A stretch of DNA of 28,477 bases, from assembly GCA_017412445.1 (NCBI GenBank), contig JAFPYA010000029.1, positions 1-28,477 on the forward strand, in the 5' to 3' direction. A model generated the notes under the pieces. That model had not been told where the DNA came from. It saw nothing but the letters and a program-made list of their open reading frames with translations, and searched no databases. How positions within the stretch are numbered: position 1 is the first letter of the stretch; each line of letters starts with the position of its first letter. The stretch comes from Clostridia bacterium (lineage in GTDB: Bacteria; Bacillota; Clostridia; Christensenellales; Aristaeellaceae). Of the stretch, positions 15,047 to 23,557 are shown piece after piece. The position numbers and the translations under genes are program-made.

Positions 15047-16477
15047 ATGAGCGAAAGCTACGTCAATCCGCTTTGCCTGCGCTACGCGGGCGAAAAGATG
15101 CAGTTCATCTTCAGCGAGGATCACAAGTTTTCCACATGGCGCAGGCTCTGGGTGTATCTGGCCGAGGCCGAAAAGGAGCTGGGCCTGAACATCACTGACG
15201 GGCAAATAGGCGAGATGCGCGCGCACATAAACGACATAGACTACGAGACCGCGCGCAGGCGCGAAAAAGAGGTGCGCCACGACGTTATGGCGCACATATA
15301 TACCTACGGCCTCGCCTGCCCCAGCGCAAAGCCCATAATCCACCTTGGCGCGACCAGCTGCTTTGTGGGCGACAACACGGACATAATCCTCATGAAGGAG
15401 GCGCTTGGCCTCGTCAAGGCGGAGCTTTTAAGGGTAATAGACGCGCTTTGCACGTTTGCCGAAAAGCACAAGGGCCTGCAGACGCTGGCCTACACCCACT
15501 TTCAGGCCGCGCAGCCCACTACCCTGGGCAAGCGCGCGTGCCTGTGGCTGCAGGATCTGATGATGGACCTTGAGACGCTGGAGTTCACGAGCGCGCGGCT
15601 GAGGCTGCTTGGCTGCAAGGGCACCACGGGCACCTGCGCCAGCTTTCTGAGCCTGTTTGACGGCGACGAGGAAAAGGTGCTTGCGCTTGAAAAGCTCATC
15701 TCCGAAAAGTGCGGCTTTGAGGGCGCGTATCCGGTCAGCGGCCAGACCTACAGCCGCAAGGTGGACTATTTCGTTTTGAGCGCTCTTAGCGGCATCGCCC
15801 AGAGCGCCATGAAGTTTGCAAACGACATGCGGCTCATGAGCCACATGAAGGAGGTCGACGAGCCCTTCGAAGAGATGCAGGTGGGCTCCTCCGCCATGGC
15901 GTACAAGCGCAACCCCATGCGCAGCGAGCGCATATGCTCGCTCAGCCGCTACGTTATAAACGACGCGCTCAACCCCGCCGTGACCGCGGGCGTGCAGTGG
16001 CTTGAAAGGACGCTCGACGACAGCGCGAACAAGCGCATTTCCGTGCCTGAGGCGTTTTTGGCCGTGGACGGCATACTGGCGCTGTACCGCAACATAGTTT
16101 CCGGCATGACCGTGTACCCCAACGTGATGCGCAGGCATTTAAACGAGGAGCTGCCCTTCATGCTCACCGAAAACATACTGATGCAGGCCGTGAAAAAGGG
16201 CGGCGACCGCCAGAAGCTGCATGAGCTTATACGCGAGCACTCCGTGGCCGCGGGCAAAAACGTAAAGCTCAACGGCGCGGACAACGACCTGCTCGCCCGC
16301 ATAGAGAACGACCCCGCCTTCGGCCTCACCCGCGAGGAGCTTGACGAAATAATAAACACCGAAAGCTTAAGCGGCATGGCCGAGCGCCAGACCGAAATGT
16401 ACCTTGAGAGCGTAAGGCCGGTGCTCAGGCAAAACGCCGAATTGCTCAAGGGAGAAGACCAGTCAATAAACGTATAA
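15047..16477 (+). CDS. purB: Adenylosuccinate lyase
   Basis: YVNPLCLRYA, RHDVMAH, IIHLGATS, YTHFQAAQPTT.GKR, KGTTGT, and the fumarase-superfamily signature SSAMAYKRNPMRSE. Confidence 0.96.
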   Translation: MSESYVNPLCLRYAGEKMQFIFSEDHKFSTWRRLWVYLAEAEKELGLNITDGQIGEMRAHINDIDYETARRREKEVRHDVMAHIYTYGLACPSAKPIIHLGATSCFVGDNTDIILMKEALGLVKAELLRVIDALCTFAEKHKGLQTLAYTHFQAAQPTTLGKRACLWLQDLMMDLETLEFTSARLRLLGCKGTTGTCASFLSLFDGDEEKVLALEKLISEKCGFEGAYPVSGQTYSRKVDYFVLSALSGIAQSAMKFANDMRLMSHMKEVDEPFEEMQVGSSAMAYKRNPMRSERICSLSRYVINDALNPAVTAGVQWLERTLDDSANKRISVPEAFLAVDGILALYRNIVSGMTVYPNVMRRHLNEELPFMLTENILMQAVKKGGDRQKLHELIREHSVAAGKNVKLNGADNDLLARIENDPAFGLTREELDEIINTESLSGMAERQTEMYLESVRPVLRQNAELLKGEDQSINV

Positions 16478-16510
16478 ACCCTTGCGCGCCCGCTGACACA
16501 GGAGGAAACC

Positions 16511-17275
16511 ATGCTTCGGCAAAACGATTTTCCCATACTGGAGTTTGACGTTAGTCCCACCGCAAAGCTCAACCCCGCGCACTTTGCGGGCGACGGCTTT
16601 GACACGGACAAGCTGGTAATCACGTTTTTTCCCGAGGTAATAGACAAGCTGCTCAGGGAAGATAAAATCTCGGTTTGCAAGGTCATCCCCGGCGAAAACC
16701 CCGTGACCGTGTACCGCTTTGGCGTTTCGCCGGACGTGCTTATCACGCTGGGTCAGGTGGGCTGCCCCGCCTGCGGCGGAAACCTCGATTTGTTCAACGC
16801 CATGGGCATAACGAAGGTGATGTTCTGTGGCGGCGGCGGCGTGCTCGACAAAAACATAGAGGTCGGGCAGATTCTGGTAGTTGACGGCGCGATAAGGGAC
16901 GAGGGCTTTTCCTACCACTACATCCCCGCGTCGAGGATCGTATACACCGACCCCGCCGTGACAGATAAGATCGTATCTCAGCTTGAAAAGCGTGGGGTTC
17001 CCTACCTGCGGGGACTGGTGTGGACGACCGACGCGCTCTTCCGCGAGACAGAGGACAGAATCGCGGCGCGCAAAAACGAGGGCGCAAGGATAGTAGAAAT
17101 GGAGCAGGCGGGCTGCATCGCCGTAGCGCGCTTTCGCTCCTTCTCATACGGCGCGCTCATCTACGGCGGCGACGACTTAAGCGGCGAGGACTGGGACGAA
17201 AGAGGCTGGCGCAGCCGCGAAGGCGTGAGATACGACCTCGTGAACCTGTGCCGCGAGCTGGTGAAGGAAATCTGA
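16511..17275 (+). CDS. Nucleoside phosphorylase (PNP/UDP phosphorylase family 1)
   Basis: VGCPA, FCGGGGVL, AIRDEGFSYHY, VWTTDALFRET, VEMEQAG. AGGAGG RBS. Confidence 0.88.
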   Translation: MLRQNDFPILEFDVSPTAKLNPAHFAGDGFDTDKLVITFFPEVIDKLLREDKISVCKVIPGENPVTVYRFGVSPDVLITLGQVGCPACGGNLDLFNAMGITKVMFCGGGGVLDKNIEVGQILVVDGAIRDEGFSYHYIPASRIVYTDPAVTDKIVSQLEKRGVPYLRGLVWTTDALFRETEDRIAARKNEGARIVEMEQAGCIAVARFRSFSYGALIYGGDDLSGEDWDERGWRSREGVRYDLVNLCRELVKEI

Positions 17276-17312
17276 GCGCATAAGCCCAAAGTCAATTGTA
17301 TAAACAAAAAAA

Positions 17313-17352
17313 CGCCCCGGTCTGCGTCCGAAACAGCGGACAGGCCGGGGCG
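17313..17352. terminator. GC-rich hairpin after the nucleoside phosphorylase
   Basis: CGCCCCGG...CCGGGGCG outer stem with an inner GTCCG/CGGAC stem. A-run on the 5' side and only a weak T tract on the + strand. Confidence 0.5.
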
Positions 17353-17438
17353 CTTGCGTGCTCAAAAACACAAAGACCCGATATCGGGCCGCTTTTCCCG
17401 TTTCCTTATATTTTACCCCTCCATTCCTTAAAAAAGTA

Positions 17439-17467
17439 TTGCGAAAGTGTTGCAGGTGTTGTATAAT
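17439..17467 (+). promoter_or_regulatory. sigmaA-type promoter of the glycopolymer operon
   Basis: TTGCGA-17 nt-TATAAT. Confidence 0.7.
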
Positions 17468-17498
17468 ACAGGGTGATAAAATGTGCGGAGGTATGGGC

Positions 17499-18098
17499 GT
17501 GTACAGGCGATATGTGAAGCGGGCGCTGGACGTGGCGGCAAGCTTTTTGCTGCTGATTGCTCTGCTTCCCGTGTTTGCCCTTATCGCCTTTGCGATAAAG
17601 CTTGACTCCAAGGGCCCCGTGTTTTTCACTCAGGTGCGCATAGGCAAGGACGAAAAGCCCTTTAAGATAATTAAATTCAGAACCATGCGCGTTAAAGCCC
17701 CCAGCGAGATGCCCACGCGCCTTATGCAAAGGAGCCGCGCCTACATAACCCGCGTGGGCAGGTTTTTGAGAATAACGAGCCTTGACGAATTGCCCCAGCT
17801 TATAAACATATTGAAGGGCGACATGAGCTTTGTGGGCTTCAGACCCTGCCTGTGGAACGAGTACGAGCTGGACGACGAGCGGCGCAGAAACGGCGCCTAC
17901 TCCGTGCGCCCCGGCATAACCGGCATAGCGCAGATACGCGGCAGAGACGAGCTTGAGCCCGCCGAGAAGGCGCGTCTGGACGGCGTGTACGCGCGCCACG
18001 TGGGCTTCGACTACGACTTCAGAATAATCACCAAGACGGTGTTCGCGGTGTTCTACAAAGAGGGCTACAAGGAGGGAGGAGACTTTGGGCTTGAGTAA
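17499..18098 (+). CDS. Priming polyisoprenyl-phosphate sugar transferase (Bac_transf family)
   Basis: KRALDV, IKLDSKGPVFFTQ.RIG, IKFRTM, TSLDELPQL.NILKGDMSFVG.RP, PGITG.AQI.GR. The GTG at 17499 fits GGAGGT spacing; ATGs at 17481 and 17493 are alternatives. Confidence 0.9.
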   Translation: MYRRYVKRALDVAASFLLLIALLPVFALIAFAIKLDSKGPVFFTQVRIGKDEKPFKIIKFRTMRVKAPSEMPTRLMQRSRAYITRVGRFLRITSLDELPQLINILKGDMSFVGFRPCLWNEYELDDERRRNGAYSVRPGITGIAQIRGRDELEPAEKARLDGVYARHVGFDYDFRIITKTVFAVFYKEGYKEGGDFGLE

Positions 18099-20112
18099 CA
18101 AATATTCGGTGCTTATGAGCGTATACGCGGCCGAAACCGCGCCCAACCTGCGCATGAGCCTTGACAGCGTGCTGAGCCAGACGCTGCCTCCCGACGAGAT
18201 AGTATTGGTAAAGGACGGCCCGCTCACGGAGGAACTGGATAAAGTAATAGACGAGTGCGTCTCCTGTCACGAGGGGCTTTTCAACGTGGTGCCGCTGGAA
18301 AAAAACACGGGGCTTGGCAACGCGCTTAACGTAGGGCTGCAGCAGTGCAAAAACGAGTACGTGGCGCGCATGGACTCGGACGACGTGTGCTATCCCGACA
18401 GGATGCAAAAGCAGATGGATTTTCTTCAGGCGCATCCCGAGGTGGACATACTTTCGGGCACTATAGATGAGTTTGACGGCAGCATAAGCAACGTGACCGG
18501 ACGGCGCGTGCTGCCGCTGGGCAATGAGGAGATATGGCGCTTCGCAAAGACGCGCTGCCCCTTCAACCACAACTGCACCGTGTACAAAAAGAGCAAGGTG
18601 CTCGAGGTGGCGGGCTACCGCACCGACCTTAAGCGCGTGGAGGATCACGACCTGTGGATGCGCATGCACGCCGCGGGCGCGGTGGGCGCGAACCTTGCCG
18701 ATTCTATACTCTACGCCCGCGCGGGCACAGACATGCACGTACGCCGCCACGGCCGCGAAAACGCCATGGCGCTGCACGAGTTCTACCGCGAGCTGTGGCA
18801 GTTGAAGGAGATCAGCTTTCCGAGGTACATATACGACATTGTGTGCGCCTGCGGCCTGCAGCTGATGCCCACGTGGATGCACAAAATGTGCTATAAGCTC
18901 ATACGCTTAAAGACCAGACCCTACGGCTCAAAGCCGAAGGTAAAGGAAGAGGCCGCAAAAGAAGTCGGCGAGTTTTACACCGGCGAAATGACTCAGGAGG
19001 AGATTTCCGAGGCGCAAAGGCTCATATTTGAAATCTTCTCGGACGTAAAGCAGCTGTGCGAAACGCAAGGGCTCACGCTTATGCTTGGCGGCGGCAGCTG
19101 CCTTGGCGCGGTGCGCTCCCGCGGCTTCATACCCTGGGACGACGACATGGACTGCATTATGCCCCGTGCGGACTACGAGAAGCTCAAGCTCATATTCGAC
19201 AGCGCGCTCGGCGACAAATACGTTTTGCAGGTGCCGCGCGTAAAAGGTCACAGGGCAAGCAACCTGTTTATGAAGATAATACGGCGGGACGGCCCAGAGC
19301 ACGTGCAGCCTTCCCACGCGGGCGACCCCGGCGAAAAGGGGCTGTGGCTGGACATAGTGCCCATGGATTTTGCGCCCGAAAACGCCTTTAAGCGCGTTTT
19401 CAAGGGGCTGTGGTGCGACTTTATCGCCTACGTCGCGGTGTCGCGCTACCTGCTCAAATGCCGCTCTGCCGTCTACGCCGCCTACATGAAGCGCACGCCC
19501 CGCGGAAGGCTCGAATACTACTTCAGAAACGTTTTGGGCTTTCTGGCCTCCTTTATGAGCTATGAGGGCTGGTACGACTATTTTGACTCCGTGTGCCGCG
19601 GGAAGTGCGAGACCCGTCTGGTCACCTTCGCCTCCGGCACGGGGCACTACCTCGGCGAATGCATGCCGCTTGATACCTTCCTGCCCGCGGGCGTAGGCGA
19701 ATTTGAGGGCGCGCAGGTGCTTTTGCCCCGTAAGGCACACAATTACCTTCGCCGCCACTACGGCGCGGACTACATGACGCCTCCGAAAAGCGAACACCGA
19801 AAAGCTCACCCCATAGTAAGAAAAATCGCCTCCACCGCCGCGCCCGTGGACGAAACCGACGGCACCTACGCAGACGTTTCGGAGGCGAACGCACTCAGCG
19901 CCGAGGCTGACGCCGCAAGCGCCGTGGCCGCAGATGAGCGCGCCGAGGCGCAGGCAGACGCCGCGCAGTACGCAGGCGAAGCGCAGGCAGACGCTACAGC
20001 CGACACAATCGAAGCACAGGCAGACGCCGCGCCTGACACAAACGAGGCGCAGGCAGACGCCGCACATGACACAATCGAAGCGCAAGCAAGCGCGGGCGGG
20101 GCGCAGAGATGA
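18085..20112 (+). CDS. GT2 glycosyltransferase fused to a LicD-family phosphotransferase, with an acidic repeat tail
   Basis: GT2: YSVLMSVY, VKDGPL, ARMDSDD, EDHDLW. LicD: GGSCLGAVRSRGFIPWDDDMDCIMPRADYEKL, WLDIVPMD, YL..HYGADYM.PP. Confidence 0.88.
   Translation: MGLSNKYSVLMSVYAAETAPNLRMSLDSVLSQTLPPDEIVLVKDGPLTEELDKVIDECVSCHEGLFNVVPLEKNTGLGNALNVGLQQCKNEYVARMDSDDVCYPDRMQKQMDFLQAHPEVDILSGTIDEFDGSISNVTGRRVLPLGNEEIWRFAKTRCPFNHNCTVYKKSKVLEVAGYRTDLKRVEDHDLWMRMHAAGAVGANLADSILYARAGTDMHVRRHGRENAMALHEFYRELWQLKEISFPRYIYDIVCACGLQLMPTWMHKMCYKLIRLKTRPYGSKPKVKEEAAKEVGEFYTGEMTQEEISEAQRLIFEIFSDVKQLCETQGLTLMLGGGSCLGAVRSRGFIPWDDDMDCIMPRADYEKLKLIFDSALGDKYVLQVPRVKGHRASNLFMKIIRRDGPEHVQPSHAGDPGEKGLWLDIVPMDFAPENAFKRVFKGLWCDFIAYVAVSRYLLKCRSAVYAAYMKRTPRGRLEYYFRNVLGFLASFMSYEGWYDYFDSVCRGKCETRLVTFASGTGHYLGECMPLDTFLPAGVGEFEGAQVLLPRKAHNYLRRHYGADYMTPPKSEHRKAHPIVRKIASTAAPVDETDGTYADVSEANALSAEADAASAVAADERAEAQADAAQYAGEAQADATADTIEAQADAAPDTNEAQADAAHDTIEAQASAGGAQR
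19945..20094 (+). repeat. In-frame 33-nt (11-aa) tandem repeat, about 4.5 copies
   Basis: EAQADAAQYAG / EAQADATADTI / EAQADAAPDTN / EAQADAAHDTI / EAQASA. Units start at 19945, 19978, 20011, 20044 and 20077. Confidence 0.9.
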
Positions 20113-21254
20113 AGAGGTCTCAGCTGCTGGCGTCGTACCTGGTGACGCTGCTCAGTCGCGCGGCGCTTTCGCCCTTAAAGCTTTTGCCCGTAAAAAGCAA
20201 GCGCGCGTTGTTTTTGAGCTTTCGCGGCAAGCAGTACTCCTGCAACCCGAGGGCGATAAGCGAAAAGCTCGGCAGCATCGCGGGCGGCAGGGTAGAGATA
20301 GTGTGGGCGTTTCACGAGCCCGAAAGGTTCAGAAAGCTCGTTCCTCAGGGCGTAAAGGTGATAAGCGACCGGGGCTTTAAGTTCATATACTATGCCCTTA
20401 CGTCAAGGGTGGTGTGCACCAACACCTACTATAAGCCCCACATTCCCCGGCGCAGGGCTCAGTTTTACCTAAGAACCTGGCACGGCGGCGGGGCGTACAA
20501 AAAGGTGAGCTACCCCAAGGGGCTGATGGGCCGCTACATACGCCTGCAGCAGCAGGGCGCGAGCCTGTATCTGTCCTCCTCCGAGGCGTTTACAAAAATG
20601 ACCCTGCGCGAGTCCTTCGGCTACAAAGGCGAGGTGCTTGAGGCGGGTATGCCGAGAAACGACCCGCTCGTAAACGGCGATTGGAGAAGAATCGCCGAAA
20701 ACGTGCGCCGCGAGCTGGGGCTGGAGGGCAAAAAAATATGCCTCTACGCCCCCACCTACCGCGAGAAGGACAAAAAAGTGCCCAAAGTGCCCGACGCCGA
20801 AAGGCTGAGGGACGCGCTTAAGGAGCGCTTTGGCGGCGAGTGGGTGCTGCTTTCGCGCGGGCATCACGCCGACAAAAACGGCGTGCCGTTCGCTTCAGAC
20901 ATGGACGTAAGCGCCTACCCAGACATGCAGCCGCTTCTGATGGCCGCGGACGCGCTGATAACCGACTATTCCTCCTGCATATGGGACGCGGCGCTGGTGC
21001 CAAAAAGCGTGTTTCTGTTTGTGCCGGACATAGACGAATATATCTCCGACCGCGATTTTTACACGCCCATAGACACTTGGGGCTTTCCCGTGTCAAAGGA
21101 CGACGATGCCCTCATCAGCAATATACTTGCCTTTGACGAGGCCGCCTACCAAAAAAGAGTCTCCGCCGCCCTCGCAAAGCTCGGCAACAGGGAGACCGGC
21201 CGCGCCTCCCTCCTGGCAGCTGAAAGGATAATGAGGGAGTGCGTGGGAAAATAA
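20109..21254 (+). CDS. CDP-glycerol glycerophosphotransferase family protein (TagF/TagB-like)
   Basis: TWHG, GMPRND, LYAPTYR, LITDYSS and FVPDIDEY...RDFY. ATGA overlap with the upstream gene. Confidence 0.88.
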   Translation: MKRSQLLASYLVTLLSRAALSPLKLLPVKSKRALFLSFRGKQYSCNPRAISEKLGSIAGGRVEIVWAFHEPERFRKLVPQGVKVISDRGFKFIYYALTSRVVCTNTYYKPHIPRRRAQFYLRTWHGGGAYKKVSYPKGLMGRYIRLQQQGASLYLSSSEAFTKMTLRESFGYKGEVLEAGMPRNDPLVNGDWRRIAENVRRELGLEGKKICLYAPTYREKDKKVPKVPDAERLRDALKERFGGEWVLLSRGHHADKNGVPFASDMDVSAYPDMQPLLMAADALITDYSSCIWDAALVPKSVFLFVPDIDEYISDRDFYTPIDTWGFPVSKDDDALISNILAFDEAAYQKRVSAALAKLGNRETGRASLLAAERIMRECVGK

Positions 21255-21275
21255 TACACAAGGATAAAGGAATAG

Positions 21276-21309
21276 AGGAGCTGTTGCAAAAGCACAACAG
21301 CTCCTTTTT
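21276..21309 (+). terminator. Intrinsic terminator of the glycopolymer operon
   Basis: AGGAGCTGTTG-caaaagca-CAACAGCTCCT followed by TTTT. Confidence 0.75.
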
Positions 21310-21358
21310 GCCGGTTCATTACGGAAAGTTATAATTGCTTTGCCTCTCGCGGTTCCAT

Positions 21359-21540
21359 CATCGCCCATCCACCTCATCCGACCTCGCTTCGCTCGGCCAC
21401 CTTCTCGCCTGCGGGCTCGGTCACGGTTCGGCTCTTGACGTCCACTGGACGTCAATTCACCCCCGAACCGCGCTTCGCGCCCACAAGGGGAAGGCTTTTG
21501 GAGCGCGACAGCCGCAGGCTGACTGATGAAGTGGGCGATG
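21359..21540. repeat. Third copy of the REP-like element, carrying an inserted hairpin module
   Basis: CCACCTCATCCGACCTCGCTTCGCTCGGCCACCTTC...GGGGAAGGC...GCAGGCTGACTGATGAAGTGG. Outer IR CATCGCCCA/TGGGCGATG, inner TTGACGTCC-act-GGACGTCAA. Confidence 0.85.
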
Positions 21541-21594
21541 CTCAACCATTTCTCTTTCCTGCTCCAAATTCTCTGAAAAACCTGCGGCTCCTAT

Positions 21595-23520
21595 CTATTC
21601 GTCGTATATCCCGCCCTCGAGTGCGCTGCGCGCCGCCAATATGTACTTCGCCGTGTCCAGCGGGTCTACGCTGCGCCTTGCGGCGATCTTGCCTGTGCCG
21701 GGCGGGCAGTCGCGGTAGCCTTCGAGGCGGGCGCTCATGCCGCCGCGCCCTGAGGAGACGGAGGCGAGGCGGGTGGGGTAATCCATGCACTCGGAGGCGG
21801 GCACATAGGCCACAAGCGCGCTCATGTCTGAGTCTGTTTCCACAGACACTACCTCGCCGCGCATTGCTATGACGTCGCTCATTATTTTGCCGGTCACGCC
21901 TTCGGGCACGCGTATCCTGAGCTCCAATACCGGCTCAAGCAGCTTTGTGCCCGCGTTTCTGAGGCCGTCCTGTATCGCCCAGGGCGTGGCCACGATGAAG
22001 TCCAGAGGGTGGGTGTGAAACTGATGGTACGAGCCGCCGGTCAGCGTAATGTCCACGTCCGTCACCTGCCAGCCCAGCCTGCCCTGAGAGAGCGCGAGGG
22101 GCAGCGCCTGCTCCACCTGATGCTGGTAGCGCGGCAGTATCTCGCGGCCCGGCACCTCGGAGTGGAATTTAACGCCGCTGCCGCGGGGCGCGGGCGCGAT
22201 GCTGAAGCGCAGTATCGCCCAGCAGGGCTTTGGCATTGTGTAGGCGCAAAAGCCCGTGGCCTCGCGCGCGACGGTCTCCTTGTATATGACCGTGGGGTCG
22301 CCGAAATGCGAATTAAGGCCGTAGCGGGTTTTAAGCGCGTCCTCGAGGATTTCGAGCTGTATCGCGCCCATCGCGTCCATGTGCAGTTCGTTCGTGGCGC
22401 TGACGAAGCGGGTCCTCAGCAGCGGATCCTCCTCCGCCAGCTCGCGGCAGGCGGCGGCAAGCTCCCTCTGCCTTGAGATGTCATCCGCCTCCACTCTGAC
22501 GGTGGTGAGCGGCTCCCTGAGCCCGCCCGGCTGAACCCTGCGCGGCAGAAGCGCGCCGTCGCCCAGCACATGGCCCACCTTCATCTGATTAAGCCCGTAC
22601 ACCACGCCGATTTCGCCCGCCTTAAGCGCGCCCGCGTCCGCGCCGTCCACGCCGCGAATCTGGGTTATCTTGCTTTCAACCTGCGCAGTCTCGCCCGTGA
22701 GCGGGTCTATGCGCCCGGGCAGTGTGACCGCCTCGCGGTTTGAAAGCCTTCCGCCGTAGAGCCTCACCCACAGCCCCTTGCCCAGCAGCCTGTCCCTCTC
22801 CACCGCGAAGGCCACGCCGCACAGGGCGTCGCCGCCCGGGCGCGGCGGGGGCAGAAAGTCCCTTATGCCGTCGAGCACCTGCTCTGTACCTATGCCCTTT
22901 AGCGCCGAGCCGGAGAGCACGGGGTACACGCTGCCCTCCCTTGCAAGGCGGCTGAGCGAGGAATGAAGCTCGCTTACGCTTATCTCTTCGCCCAAAAGAA
23001 ACTTTTCGCTCAGTGCCTCGTCCTTGTCTATGAGCGTCTCGGTCAGCATGTCGCGGTCGCTTATGAGCGCGGCGCAGTCGCTCAGGCGCTTTCGTATCTG
23101 CACGGTCACGCGCTTCAGATCCGCGCCCTCCCTGTCCAGCTTGTTTATGAAAAACATCACGGGCAGACCCTGATTTTTGAGTGCTTCAAAGAGCAGCTCG
23201 GTTTGCGGCTGCACGCCCTCCGCGCCCGAAACCACCATTATCGCTCCGTCGAGCGCCCAAAGCGAGCGCTCTATCTCGGCGGAAAAATCGCTGTGGCCGG
23301 GCGTGTCGATCAGGTTTATGTCCTCGCCCTTCCACGAAAGCCTCACGCACTTGGCGCGAACGGATATGCCGCGCCGCCTCTCGACCGAAAGCGTATCCGT
23401 GTGGGCGGTGCCCTTGTCCACGCTGCCCAGCGTGCGTATAGCCCCCGCCGCCAGCAAAAGCTGCTCGCTCAGGGTGGTCTTGCCCGCGTCGACGTGGGCG
23501 AAAATGCCTATGTTGCGCAT
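21595..23520 (-). CDS. TetM/TetW/TetO-like (EF-G-like) translational GTPase, ribosomal-protection-protein family homologue
   Basis: NIGIFAHVDAGKTT, ERRRGIS, LIDTPGH.DF..E.ERSL..LDGAI, NKLD, P.VIYKET, LLEP. About 640 aa with a short G' insert. GGAGG RBS before the ATG at 23520. Confidence 0.85.
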   Translation of the reverse strand: MRNIGIFAHVDAGKTTLSEQLLLAAGAIRTLGSVDKGTAHTDTLSVERRRGISVRAKCVRLSWKGEDINLIDTPGHSDFSAEIERSLWALDGAIMVVSGAEGVQPQTELLFEALKNQGLPVMFFINKLDREGADLKRVTVQIRKRLSDCAALISDRDMLTETLIDKDEALSEKFLLGEEISVSELHSSLSRLAREGSVYPVLSGSALKGIGTEQVLDGIRDFLPPPRPGGDALCGVAFAVERDRLLGKGLWVRLYGGRLSNREAVTLPGRIDPLTGETAQVESKITQIRGVDGADAGALKAGEIGVVYGLNQMKVGHVLGDGALLPRRVQPGGLREPLTTVRVEADDISRQRELAAACRELAEEDPLLRTRFVSATNELHMDAMGAIQLEILEDALKTRYGLNSHFGDPTVIYKETVAREATGFCAYTMPKPCWAILRFSIAPAPRGSGVKFHSEVPGREILPRYQHQVEQALPLALSQGRLGWQVTDVDITLTGGSYHQFHTHPLDFIVATPWAIQDGLRNAGTKLLEPVLELRIRVPEGVTGKIMSDVIAMRGEVVSVETDSDMSALVAYVPASECMDYPTRLASVSSGRGGMSARLEGYRDCPPGTGKIAARRSVDPLDTAKYILAARSALEGGIYDE

Positions 23521-23557
23521 CAAATCCTCCCGAAATGATCAAAAGCCGCCCGGGGCT

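Noticed and set aside
19945-20094. 33-bp periodic repeat as a CRISPR array
   Set aside because: Units are contiguous with no spacers, lie in frame inside a gene, and vary mostly at synonymous or conservative positions.
21595-23520. Calling the GTPase tetM/tetW/tetO
   Set aside because: Only family-level motifs are recognisable and the resistance-associated loop differs, so no gene symbol was given.
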